Assembly (NCBI GenBank): GCA_963662335.2
Contig: CAXXVD010000003.1
Span: forward strand, 288,001-352,000
Length of the DNA stretch: 64,000 nt
Direction: 5' to 3'
Source: Chloroflexota bacterium
GTDB taxonomy: Bacteria > Chloroflexota > UBA11872 > VXOZ01
Shown here: one piece after another, positions 1 through 9,750 of the stretch
How the letters are laid out: each line of letters begins with the position of its first letter
Numbering within the stretch: the first letter of the stretch is position 1
The notes under the pieces: generated by a model
Databases searched by the model: none
The model's input: only the letters and a program-made list of their open reading frames with translations
What the model was told of the DNA's origin: nothing
Made by a program: the position numbers and the translations under genes

Positions 1-1
1 C

Positions 2-3000
2 GTGGCGGTGCAGGCGGAGAACGCCAACGGCGTGAGCGGTTGGACGGAATCAAGCCTGATCGGCGCCGTTGAAGCGAAGCCGACCCCAACGCCGACCCCG
101 ACCCCGACGCCTACGCCGCAGCCCGGCCTTTCCTTTAATGACGCGGCGATTGCCAACCAGTCCTACACCGCGGGCACGGCCATCGACACGCTGACGCTGC
201 CGGCGGCCGCCGGCGGCAGCGGCGACCTTACCTATTCCCTGTCGCCGTCCCTGCCCAGCGGCCTCACGTTCGACGCCGCGGCGCGGACGATTAGCGGCAC
301 GCCCGGCGCGGCCGCGGCCAGCGCCCGCTACACCTACAGCGCCACGGACGGCACGGACACCGTTGCGCTCTCGTTCAGCATCGAAGTAACGGCGGCGCAG
401 CGGCAGGTCTCCGCCCAGGATGGGGCGTCCGCTCAGGATATCGAGGTGGGCGACGTCAGCAACATGGACTTCACCAAGGGCACGGCCATCGCGCCCATCA
501 CCCTGCCCGCCACCACCAAGAACGACACGGGCCGGGGCGTATCCTACTCCATCAGCCCGGGCCTTCCCGCCGGCCTGAGTTTTGACAGCAGCACGCGCAT
601 CCTCAGCGGCACGCCCACCGAGTACTTCGGGGGCCAGGTGTTCACCTACAAGGCCGACGCCGGCCAGAATGAATTCGCTGAGGACAGATTCGTCATCAGG
701 ATCGCGAATACCGACGGCAACCATCCGCCGGAGCGCACCATCAGCAGCAACTACCAGCAGTTAGCCGCTAGCCAGTCGTCAACTCACCTTGTGTTGATCT
801 GCACGAACGCCACTTCCAACCACAACAAGTGGGCATTGGGCAATTCGGTGGGCAACAATTACTTTAGCGACCCGGACAGCGGCGACAGCGTGACCCTCAC
901 GCAATCATCCGCCAATTCGGACGCGGTGTCCGTGGACCAATACACCGACTCCGGCAAGCTGTTGGTGCGCGCGCACATCAGGCATCCCATGAAGAGCGCG
1001 GTCACCGTTACCATCACGGGCACCGACCCGTCCGGTCTCACGGAGACGATGACGTGGGCGGTACAGGCGTCAGGCTGCGCGTATACCCAGAGCGTTGCTG
1101 AAAATTCGCCGGCCGGCACGGTGGTGGGCACGGCCACCATGGGCCACAGCGGCGGCAGCAAGTTCGCGCTGACCGGCACGGTCGCAACCTACTTCGACAT
1201 CAACTCCAGCACGGGCCAGGTTACGGTGAAGTCCGGGACGACCCTGGACTACGAGACCACCACGTCCTACACCGGCAAGGTGACCTCCGAGGTTGGCGGC
1301 GCCGACGCCGAGGCGGACATCACCATCAACGTGAACAACGAAGACGGGCCGGTGATGAGCGTGCCCACGCTGGCGCAGAACGCCACCAACCCGACCACGT
1401 CCCTGGACGTCTCGTGGACGGCCCCGACCACCAACGCGGCGGTTACCGACTACGACGTGCAGTACCGGGCGAGCGGCACGAGTTCCTGGACCGACGCCAA
1501 CTTCACCGGCACGGGCACGAGCACGACGCTGAGCGGCCTTACCGCCGGCACGGAGTACGAGGTGCAGGTGCGCGGAACCAACTCGGAAGGCACCGGCGCG
1601 TGGTCACTCTCGGCTTTCACGCGCTACGTGGCGGAGAATTCAGCCGCCAACGCGAACGTGGGCGGGGAGTTCGACGTGAACGCCACGGACTTCTGGCCGC
1701 TGAGCTTCAGCACCGGCGGGACCGACGGCTCCAAGTTCAAGGGCGTTGGCAGCGATACCGGCTACAAGACGGCCCAGAAAGGGCGGATTCAGGTAAACAC
1801 GGGGACCACTCTGGACTACGAGAGCACGTCCACGTACGACATTACCTTCCGCGTCCAGGAGAAAGACGCTGGCAATAAGGTTCTCCTGGATATCTCCTAC
1901 AACGTCCTCGTCATCGTGACGGACGTGAATGAGCCGCCGGGCAAGCCGGCCGCGCCGACGGTGAGCGCGAACAGCACCACGCCGACGACCAAGCTGGACG
2001 TGAGTTGGACCGCGCCGACGATGACGGGCAAGCCGGCGATCAGCGACTACGACGTGCAGTACCGCAAGAGCGGGGACACGACCTGGACGGACGCGTCCTT
2101 TACCGGAACCACCACGAGCACGACGCTGAGCAGCCTGGATTCCGGCAAGACGTACGAGGTGCAGGTGCGGGCCACGAACGCCGAGGGCACGGGCAGTTGG
2201 TCGGACAGCGGCACGGCCATCACCCAGGCCGGCGGCGTGACGCGCAGCATTGCCGAGAACTCGGCGGCGGGGACGAACGTGGGCACGGCGGTGACGGCCA
2301 CGGCCAACAGCAGTTACACGTACACCTACAGCCTGGGCGGCACGGACGCGAGCAAGTTCAGCATCGGCAGCAGCACCGGGCAGATCACGGTAGGCACGGG
2401 GACGAGCCTGGACTACGAGACCACAACCTCGTACAGCGTCACGGTGACCGTCGCGGTGGCCAACAAGGCGCAGGGCAACGCGCAAACGCAGTCCGTGGAC
2501 CCGAACGCGCCGGGCAACTACACCATTCCGGTGACGATCAACGTAACGGACCAGAACGAAACGCCGGCGTTTAGCGCCACGCCGACGCGGAGCATCGCGG
2601 AGAATTCCGCCGCCGGCACGAACGTGGGCGCGGCAGTGACGGCGACGGACCCGGAGAGCGACACGCTGACCTACAGCCTGACCGGGACCGACGCGGCGAA
2701 GTTCACCATCGGCAGTTCCACCGGCCAGATAACGGTGAAGACGGGGAACATCCCGGATTACGAGAGCAAGACGTCGTACAGCGTGACCGTGAACGTGAGC
2801 GACGGCAAGAAGGCCGACGGCACGGCGGACACGACGGTGGACGCCACGGTGGCGATCACCATCAACGTCACGGACGTAAACGAGCCGCCGGTGAAGCTGA
2901 GCGCGCCGACGGTGAGCGCGAACAGCACGACGCCGACGACCAAGTTGGACGTGAGTTGGACGGCGCCGACGACGACGGATATGGCCGGCAAGCCGGCGGT

Positions 3001-6000
3001 GGACGACTACGACGTGCAGTACCGCCAGGCCGGGACGACGGATTGGACGGACGCATCCTTTACCGGCACTACCACGAGCACGACGTTGAGCGGTCTGACG
3101 GCGGGCAAGACGTACGAGGTGCAGGTGCGGGCGGGGAATGACGAGGGCGACGGGCCGTGGTCGAATTCCGGCACGGCGATCACCCAGGCCGGCGGCGTGA
3201 CGCGCAGCATTGCCGAGAATTCCGCGGCCGGCACGAACGTGGGCGCGGCGGTGTCCGCGACCGCGGTGGAAGGCTACACGTATACCTACGCGCTGAGCGG
3301 CACGGACAGCGCCAGCTTCAGCATTGGCAGTTCCACCGGCCAGATTACGGTGGGCACGGGCACGGATTTGGACTACGAGACCAAGACGTCGTACAGCGTG
3401 ATCGTGACGGTGACGGTGGCGGCGAATGCGCAGTCGGAGGGCGCTAACACGCAGTCGCTAGACCCGAACGCGCCGGGCAACTACACGATACCGGTGACGA
3501 TCAACGTAGCGGACGTGAACGAGAAGCCGGCACTGCCGACCCTGCCGAAAGACGCCACGAGCCTGAGCCGGAGCGTGGCGGAAAATTCGGCGGTCGGGAC
3601 GAACGTCGGCGCGGCGGTGACGGCCAGCGACGTGGAGGGCGACACCCTGACCTACGGCCTGAGCGGCACGGACGCGGCGAGCTTCAGCATCGTTTCGACC
3701 AGCGGGCAGATCCAGGTGAAAACCGATAACGTTCCCGACTACGAGGCGAAGAGTTCGTACAGCCTGAACGTGACCGTGAGCGACGGCAAGGACGGCCAGG
3801 GCAACGACGATACGAGCGTGGACGCGACGGTGGCGGTGACGATTACGATTACCGACGTGGACGAGCCGCCGGTGAAGATGACGCCGCCGACGGTGAGCGC
3901 CAACAGCACGACGCCGGCGAGCAAGCTGGACGTCTCGTGGACGGCGTTGACGAATACCCAGATGGCCGGCAAACCGGCGGTGAGCGACTACGACGTGCAG
4001 TACCGGCTGGCCGGGACGACGGATTGGACGGACGCAGCCTTTACCGGAACCACCACCAGCACGACCCTGAGCGGCCTGACGGCCGGCAAGACGTACCAGG
4101 TGCAGGTGCGGGGCGTGAACGCCGAGGGCAACGGCCCCTGGTCGGACGCGGGCACCGGGATTACCGGCGCGACCGGCGTGACGCGCAGCGTGGCCGAGAA
4201 CTCGGCGGCGGAGACGAACGTGGGCGCGGCGGTGACCACGACGGCGAATCCGAACGGCTACTCGCTGAAGCATGAACTGAGCGGCACGGACGCCGGCAAG
4301 TTCACCATCGATGAGCCCAGCGGGCAGATCAAGGTGAAGACGGGCACGAGCCTGGACTACGAGACGAAGAGTTCCTACAGCGTCACGGTGACGGTGAAGG
4401 CGACGGCGGCGCAGGTGCAAGGGGCCGGCAAACAGAGCCTGAGCCCCAACGCGCCCGGCGACTACGTGGTGCCAGTGACGATCAACGTGACCGACGTGAA
4501 CGAGAAGCCGGCGTTTACGGCGACGCCGACGCGGAGCATCGACGAGAATTCCGCCGCCGGCACGAACATCGGCGCGGCGGTGGCGGCGGCGGACCAGGAC
4601 GGCGATACGCTGACGTACAGCCTGACGGGGACCGACGCGGACAAGTTTACGATTGTGTCGAGCAGCGGGCAGATACAGGTGAAGGCGGGGAACATCCCCA
4701 ACTACGAGGCCAAGACGAGCTACAGCGTGACCGTGAACGTGACCGACGGCAAGCAGGCGGACGGCACGGCGGACACGAGCATCGACGCGACGCTGGCGGT
4801 GACCATCAACATAAACGACGTGAACGAGCCGCCGCCCAAGCCGGCCGCGCCGACGGTGGCGCAGAATTCTACCACGCCCAAGACCAAGTTGGACGTGAGT
4901 TGGACCGCGCCCGACGTGACCGGCAAGCCGGCGATTACGGACTACGACGTGCAGTACAAGAAGGCCAGCGAGAGCACGTGGACGAGCCACAGCTTTACGG
5001 GCACGGGCACGAGCACGACGCTCACGGGCTTGAGCGAGGGCACGACGTACCACGTGCAGGTGAAGGCGATCAACGACGAGGGCGGCAGCGCCTGGTCGGA
5101 CAGCGGCAGCGCGCATACGCAGGCCAAGAACGTGAACCCGTCGTTCACGGACGACACGGCCACGCGCAGCATTGCCGAGAACTCGGTGGTGGGCACGAAC
5201 GTGGGCGCGGCGGTAACGGCCAGCGACGTGGAAGGCGATACCCTGACGTACACGCTGACCGGCACGGACGCGGCCAAGTTCGACATTGGCGCGAACAGCG
5301 GGCAGATCAAAGTGAAGGCCGGGCACGTTCCCGACTACGAGGCCAAGACGAGCTACAGCGTGACCGTAAACGTGAGCGACAAGAAGGACTCAGACGGCAA
5401 AGCCGACAGCAAGGTCGACGACACGATTGCGGTGACGATCAACGTGACCGACGTGAACGAGCCGCCGGCCGCGCCGAGCGCGCCGACGGTGAGCAAGCAC
5501 GCGGACACGCCGGCGAGCAAGCTGAACGTCTCGTGGACGGCGCCGGACATGACCGGCAAGCCGGCGTTGAGCGGCTACGACGTGCAGTACCGGCAGGTTG
5601 GGGCTGCCAAGTGGACGGCGCACAGCTTTAGCGGCACGGGCACGAGCACGACGCTGACGGGCCTGGCCGCGGGCAAGGCGTACGAGGTGCAGGTGCGCGG
5701 CACGAATGACGAAGGGGACGGCGCGTGGTCGGCCTCGGGCGGCGCGGTGACGGACGCGAACGCGGTGAGGCGGAGCGTGGCGGAGAATTCTCCCGCTGGG
5801 ACGAACGTGGGCGCGGCGGTGACGGCGACGTCGAACCCGAACAACCTGACGTTGACGCATGAACTGAGCGGGACGGACGCCGGCAGTTTCACCATCGAGA
5901 GGGGCACGGGGCAGATTAAGGTGAAGTCCGGCACGAAGCTGGACTACGAGAGGAAGACGATGTACAACGTGATCGTGACGGTGAAGGCGGAGGAGGGCGC

Positions 6001-7426
6001 ATCGAAGACCAGCCTGAGCCCGAACGCCCCCGGCGACTACGTGGCGCCGGTGACGATCAACGTGACGGACGTGAACGAGGCGCCGCAGTTCCCGGACATT
6101 CCCAACGGCGGGACGAGCCTGAGCCGCAGCGTGGCGGAGAACTCGGCGGCTGGGACGAACGTCGGCGCGGTGGTGACCGCGGCGGACGTGGAGGGCGATA
6201 CGCTGACGTACAGCCTGAGCGGGACGGACGCGGATAAGTTCGAGATTGGCGCCGGCACCGGGCAGATAACGGTGAAGGCGGGGAACATTCCCGATTACGA
6301 GGCGAAGAAGTCGTACAGCGTCACGGTTGACGTGAGCGACGGCAACGACGGCAGCGGGAACGACGATCCGAGCGTGGACGACAGCATCGACGTGACGATA
6401 ACGGTGACGGACGTAGCGGAGCCGCCGGCCACGCCGGACGCGCCGACGGTGAAGGTGAATGCGTACTCGCCGACGAGCAAGCTGGACGTGAGTTGGGATG
6501 CGCCGGACATGACGGGCAAGCCGGCCATTTCAGATTATGACGTGCGGTACCGCTACGTAGGCGGGACGAACTGGCAGAGCCGCGATCACACCGGCACGGG
6601 CACGGGCACGAGCATCGACAGATTGCTCCACGACACGACGTATGAAGTGCAGGTGAAGGCGAAGAACGACGAGGGCGAGAGCGGCTGGTCGGCGTCGGGC
6701 ACGGCCACGACGGATTCGCAGAGCTCGGAGTACAATGACCCGGCGCCGCCGCTGGCGCTAGATCCAAATCCCTCGCCGGCGCTGGCGCTAGATCCAAATC
6801 CCGCGCCGCCGCTGATACCGATACCGGGGCCGCCGAACGTGATTGGCACGAGCGCCTGCGCGACGACCCATGACCTGGGTAAGACGATCCGGTTGATACG
6901 GAAGGACGGCGGCGCGGATCTGAACATCGAGATTGGGTCGATCTCGGCCGACGGCAGCCGCGTGGTGGTGGCTGGCTTCATCCGCGATGACGACCAGGGG
7001 CAGACCTATAGCATCGTGCGCTACGAGGCCGACGGCCGCGTGGTGCGGCTGTGGGTGGATCCGGATGATCCGTTGATCCAACAGATACCGTGGGACGTGG
7101 TGAATTCGCAGTACACGGTGCCGGTGTGCGTGGTGGTGGCGATCCCGTTGGACGATCAGTTTCCGGCTCAGGGGCAACTGGTGCGGCGGTTCGACGGGGC
7201 CGACGACCGGATCTTCCGGCACGTGGGCAACCTGGAGTGGCGGCAGATACCGGACTTAGGGACGTTCCAGGGCATGGGACTGTACTGGTGCAACGTGACG
7301 GCGGCGGACTCGGAGTTTTTCAAGCGGATCAACATTGGCGCGCCGCTGCCCAGCGGCGGCATGGATCCCCAGGTGGGCTATCCTTCGTGTTGGAAGTGGG
7401 AGCAGAAGGGTCCCCGCTCCCGCTGA
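2..7426 (+). CDS. Giant surface/adhesin protein A (5'-truncated): putative Ig domains, ~11 cadherin-like and 7 complete FN3 domains, Pro-rich linker, uncharacterised C-terminal domain
   Basis: 2474-aa ORF open at the window edge; repeated cadherin motifs (xAENS...LDYE...[10 protein letters not shown]) and FN3 motifs (LDVSWTAP...DYDVQYR...YEVQVRA.N.EG.G.WS); first residues align with the N-terminal FN3 of the downstream paralog. Confidence 0.9.
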   Translation: MAVQAENANGVSGWTESSLIGAVEAKPTPTPTPTPTPTPQPGLSFNDAAIANQSYTAGTAIDTLTLPAAAGGSGDLTYSLSPSLPSGLTFDAAARTISGTPGAAAASARYTYSATDGTDTVALSFSIEVTAAQRQVSAQDGASAQDIEVGDVSNMDFTKGTAIAPITLPATTKNDTGRGVSYSISPGLPAGLSFDSSTRILSGTPTEYFGGQVFTYKADAGQNEFAEDRFVIRIANTDGNHPPERTISSNYQQLAASQSSTHLVLICTNATSNHNKWALGNSVGNNYFSDPDSGDSVTLTQSSANSDAVSVDQYTDSGKLLVRAHIRHPMKSAVTVTITGTDPSGLTETMTWAVQASGCAYTQSVAENSPAGTVVGTATMGHSGGSKFALTGTVATYFDINSSTGQVTVKSGTTLDYETTTSYTGKVTSEVGGADAEADITINVNNEDGPVMSVPTLAQNATNPTTSLDVSWTAPTTNAAVTDYDVQYRASGTSSWTDANFTGTGTSTTLSGLTAGTEYEVQVRGTNSEGTGAWSLSAFTRYVAENSAANANVGGEFDVNATDFWPLSFSTGGTDGSKFKGVGSDTGYKTAQKGRIQVNTGTTLDYESTSTYDITFRVQEKDAGNKVLLDISYNVLVIVTDVNEPPGKPAAPTVSANSTTPTTKLDVSWTAPTMTGKPAISDYDVQYRKSGDTTWTDASFTGTTTSTTLSSLDSGKTYEVQVRATNAEGTGSWSDSGTAITQAGGVTRSIAENSAAGTNVGTAVTATANSSYTYTYSLGGTDASKFSIGSSTGQITVGTGTSLDYETTTSYSVTVTVAVANKAQGNAQTQSVDPNAPGNYTIPVTINVTDQNETPAFSATPTRSIAENSAAGTNVGAAVTATDPESDTLTYSLTGTDAAKFTIGSSTGQITVKTGNIPDYESKTSYSVTVNVSDGKKADGTADTTVDATVAITINVTDVNEPPVKLSAPTVSANSTTPTTKLDVSWTAPTTTDMAGKPAVDDYDVQYRQAGTTDWTDASFTGTTTSTTLSGLTAGKTYEVQVRAGNDEGDGPWSNSGTAITQAGGVTRSIAENSAAGTNVGAAVSATAVEGYTYTYALSGTDSASFSIGSSTGQITVGTGTDLDYETKTSYSVIVTVTVAANAQSEGANTQSLDPNAPGNYTIPVTINVADVNEKPALPTLPKDATSLSRSVAENSAVGTNVGAAVTASDVEGDTLTYGLSGTDAASFSIVSTSGQIQVKTDNVPDYEAKSSYSLNVTVSDGKDGQGNDDTSVDATVAVTITITDVDEPPVKMTPPTVSANSTTPASKLDVSWTALTNTQMAGKPAVSDYDVQYRLAGTTDWTDAAFTGTTTSTTLSGLTAGKTYQVQVRGVNAEGNGPWSDAGTGITGATGVTRSVAENSAAETNVGAAVTTTANPNGYSLKHELSGTDAGKFTIDEPSGQIKVKTGTSLDYETKSSYSVTVTVKATAAQVQGAGKQSLSPNAPGDYVVPVTINVTDVNEKPAFTATPTRSIDENSAAGTNIGAAVAAADQDGDTLTYSLTGTDADKFTIVSSSGQIQVKAGNIPNYEAKTSYSVTVNVTDGKQADGTADTSIDATLAVTININDVNEPPPKPAAPTVAQNSTTPKTKLDVSWTAPDVTGKPAITDYDVQYKKASESTWTSHSFTGTGTSTTLTGLSEGTTYHVQVKAINDEGGSAWSDSGSAHTQAKNVNPSFTDDTATRSIAENSVVGTNVGAAVTASDVEGDTLTYTLTGTDAAKFDIGANSGQIKVKAGHVPDYEAKTSYSVTVNVSDKKDSDGKADSKVDDTIAVTINVTDVNEPPAAPSAPTVSKHADTPASKLNVSWTAPDMTGKPALSGYDVQYRQVGAAKWTAHSFSGTGTSTTLTGLAAGKAYEVQVRGTNDEGDGAWSASGGAVTDANAVRRSVAENSPAGTNVGAAVTATSNPNNLTLTHELSGTDAGSFTIERGTGQIKVKSGTKLDYERKTMYNVIVTVKAEEGASKTSLSPNAPGDYVAPVTINVTDVNEAPQFPDIPNGGTSLSRSVAENSAAGTNVGAVVTAADVEGDTLTYSLSGTDADKFEIGAGTGQITVKAGNIPDYEAKKSYSVTVDVSDGNDGSGNDDPSVDDSIDVTITVTDVAEPPATPDAPTVKVNAYSPTSKLDVSWDAPDMTGKPAISDYDVRYRYVGGTNWQSRDHTGTGTGTSIDRLLHDTTYEVQVKAKNDEGESGWSASGTATTDSQSSEYNDPAPPLALDPNPSPALALDPNPAPPLIPIPGPPNVIGTSACATTHDLGKTIRLIRKDGGADLNIEIGSISADGSRVVVAGFIRDDDQGQTYSIVRYEADGRVVRLWVDPDDPLIQQIPWDVVNSQYTVPVCVVVAIPLDDQFPAQGQLVRRFDGADDRIFRHVGNLEWRQIPDLGTFQGMGLYWCNVTAADSEFFKRINIGAPLPSGGMDPQVGYPSCWKWEQKGPRSR

Positions 7427-7491
7427 CCCCAAGGCCCCGCAAACGCGCGACAGAGAACCGGGCGAGTGCTCAGAGCAGGCGTCTGGGAGAG

Positions 7492-7532
7492 ACCGCCCCG
7501 CAGGCAGGAACTGCCGCGGGGCGGTTTACTTT
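7492..7532 (+). terminator. Intrinsic terminator-like hairpin after adhesin A
   Basis: ACCGCCCCGC...GCGGGGCGGT stem followed by TTACTTT; homologous hairpin follows adhesin B. Confidence 0.6.
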
Positions 7533-7559
7533 AGTTGGGTTATCTTGGTGGTGCGTGAG

Positions 7560-7704
7560 TGTCACTCCGAGCGCAGCGTGTCATTGCGGGTGCAGCGTGT
7601 CATTGCGAGCGCAGGGTCGAACAGAGATTGCGGAATCTGGTGTTCTCACCGCATGCGGTCTCGCAACCTGACATCCGAGATTCCTCACACCGATTGGAAT
7701 GACG
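7560..7704. repeat. TGTCA-type palindromic element with three ~19-bp stuttered left ends
   Basis: TGTCA at 7560/7579/7598, then GGAATCT...AGATTCC...GGAATGAC; homologous to 18486-18632. Confidence 0.7.
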
Positions 7705-7747
7705 GCAAGGAGAGCAATCAACGTAGCGCGGGGGAGGAGAGGGATAA

Positions 7748-7772
7748 CGTAGCGCGGGGGCTTGTCCCCCGC
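7748..7772 (+). repeat. GTAG-family REP (CGTAGCGCGGGGGCTTGTCCCCCGC), representative copy
   Basis: Near-identical copies also at ~18165(-), 24628, 24770(-), 27942, 28245, 44143, 44364, 44406, 54493-54761 (x6), 61424. Confidence 0.85.
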
Positions 7773-8449
7773 CCGAGGAGGGGGCTACGAGCGGTACTTC
7801 GTTTCCCCCGCGGTTCACCCTGCGACGGCGCTCAGGGCGAACGGGGAGCGCGGCGGATGTCCGCAGATTCCCCGACATTTCCTCAGAGTTCTTGCACCTC
7901 CTGAGATTTTCCAAAGTTTTCTCGATTTCCTCGCATGTTCTCGCTGAAAGCCCTTGCATTACCTAATACTATATGATAGTTTGTTAGCGAGACATAGTTT
8001 ACTGAAGAAACTAATTCATGATAGTAGTAAATCACATCTTGTATTCAACGCGCTTGGCGAGGGATTCGCGGGACACCGTCCCGCCTCTCGTCCTGCCGTC
8101 CTCCATCCCCGCACAGGCTGCTCCGTCCTTTGGCCGGGGCGGAGCACGCCGGTGCTTGCGCGGCCCGCGGCAGTGGAACGCGGAGACTGGCGCCGGGAGG
8201 ATTGGCCGGTTGCACAGGAATGAGGAGGAAAGAGAACGCGCGGTTGGTTGACTGAACCTGAGCGAGGCCGTCGCGGAACGACGGCACGCTTATAGGTAGC
8301 GCCGCCAGCGCGCGCCCGCTGAAGAACGTGGCAAGCCGGAGACCGAGTTGGGTGTTTAGCGATAGCGCTTGCCAATGGGTTTCAGCGTGGAGCGTGCGCA
8401 GCGGTTGGGACGTGGGCTCGGTTTTTCTAGCAATGCTATGGAGCGTGTC

Positions 8450-9418
8450 ATGAGCGGGACGGTTTCTCCTGGTTGGTGTGGTGCGCGCAAGCGCTGGCTC
8501 AGGCGGTGGACGGCCTTCGTGCAGGCCCTCCTGATCGTTAGTTTGTTGAATGTCCCTTTGCCGGTTGGCGCGGACAACTCTCCATCCTCATCTCCACCCG
8601 CGGGGCCGCCGTCCAGCGTGAAAGCCGCGCGCGGCAGCGGCACGCTCACCGTGACCTGGGACGCGGTAGCGGGGGCTACCGCGTATAACGTCAATTGGAC
8701 CAACGATCACAAGGCTAGCTGGCAGCGCGGGGCCAGCGACGTGAGCGCCACGAGCGTGACGCTCCAGAATATAGATGATAGCAAAGAATACTACGTGGCC
8801 GTGCAGGCGCTGAACGCCAACGGCGCCAGTGGCTGGCAGGATTCCGATCTCATTCCGGCCGTCGAGCCAACGCCAACGCCGGAACCCACGCCTGAGCCGA
8901 CACCGGAACCTACGCCAGAGCCTACTCCAACACCAAAACCGGAACCCTCGCCGACACCGACACCGGCGCTCGTAGACGGCTCGGTGACGCTTTCCGCGAG
9001 CCGCGACGCCGGCGGCGACTCCGCCACGGTATCCTGGAGCGCCTACGACCAGGCCGGCTTCGAATACTATCGCCTGGTGGCGTGCAGCGACGCGCAGTAC
9101 GACGGCCATTCGTGCAGCGGCACGGTCTTCCAGAGCGACGCCATCTACGACGTCAACGCCACCGGCCCGTTGGCCGTCACCGGCTTGGACGCCCACACCG
9201 GCTACGGCCTGATCTTGCAGGTCTGGCGCACGGGAGTGGCGGGAGCGCTGAAGTTCCACGCCACGCTGGCGGCGCTGCCGACGCCGACGCCTGAGCCCAC
9301 ACCTGAGCCGACCGCGACACCGGAACCCACGCCGGAGCCGACACCGACACCGGAACCCACGCCGGAGCCGACGGCGACACCGGAACCCACGCCCGGCGAC
9401 ACCGGAACCCACGCCTGA
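8450..9418 (+). CDS. N-terminal part of giant surface protein B (signal peptide, FN3-like domains, PT/EPT linker); frameshifted at ~9394
   Basis: GGAG 6 nt before ATG 8450; basic then hydrophobic signal (RKRWLRR...[15 protein letters not shown]); FN3 motif LTVTWDAV...YYVAVQA; reading frame lost inside the repeat. Confidence 0.75.
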   Translation: MSGTVSPGWCGARKRWLRRWTAFVQALLIVSLLNVPLPVGADNSPSSSPPAGPPSSVKAARGSGTLTVTWDAVAGATAYNVNWTNDHKASWQRGASDVSATSVTLQNIDDSKEYYVAVQALNANGASGWQDSDLIPAVEPTPTPEPTPEPTPEPTPEPTPTPKPEPSPTPTPALVDGSVTLSASRDAGGDSATVSWSAYDQAGFEYYRLVACSDAQYDGHSCSGTVFQSDAIYDVNATGPLAVTGLDAHTGYGLILQVWRTGVAGALKFHATLAALPTPTPEPTPEPTATPEPTPEPTPTPEPTPEPTATPEPTPGDTGTHA

Positions 9419-9750
9419 ACCGACGCCGGTGCCCACGCCCGAGCCGACGGCGACACCGGAACCCACGCCTGAGCCGACGGCGACGCCGGAACCCACGCCT
9501 GAGCCGACGGCGACACCGGAATCCACGCCTGAGCCGACGGCGACACCGGAACCCACGCCTGAGCCGACACCGACACCGGAATCCACGCCTGAGCCGACGG
9601 CGACGCCGGAACCCACGCCGGAGCCGACGGCGACACCGGAATCCACGCTTGAGCCGACTGCGACACCGGAGTCCACGCTTGAGCCGACACCAACACCGGA
9701 ACCCACGCTTGAGCTGACACCGACACCAACACCCACGCCCACGCCAGACC
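9277..9750 (+). repeat. Coding tandem repeat, 30-bp unit ([10 protein letters not shown])
   Basis: Repeated CCGACGGCGACACCGGAACCCACGCC(T/G)GAG units. Confidence 0.9.

Noticed and set aside
7860-7945. Weak ~10-bp periodic pyrimidine-rich motif (GATTTC/CATTTC)
   Set aside because: Too degenerate to call a repeat or binding-site array by eye
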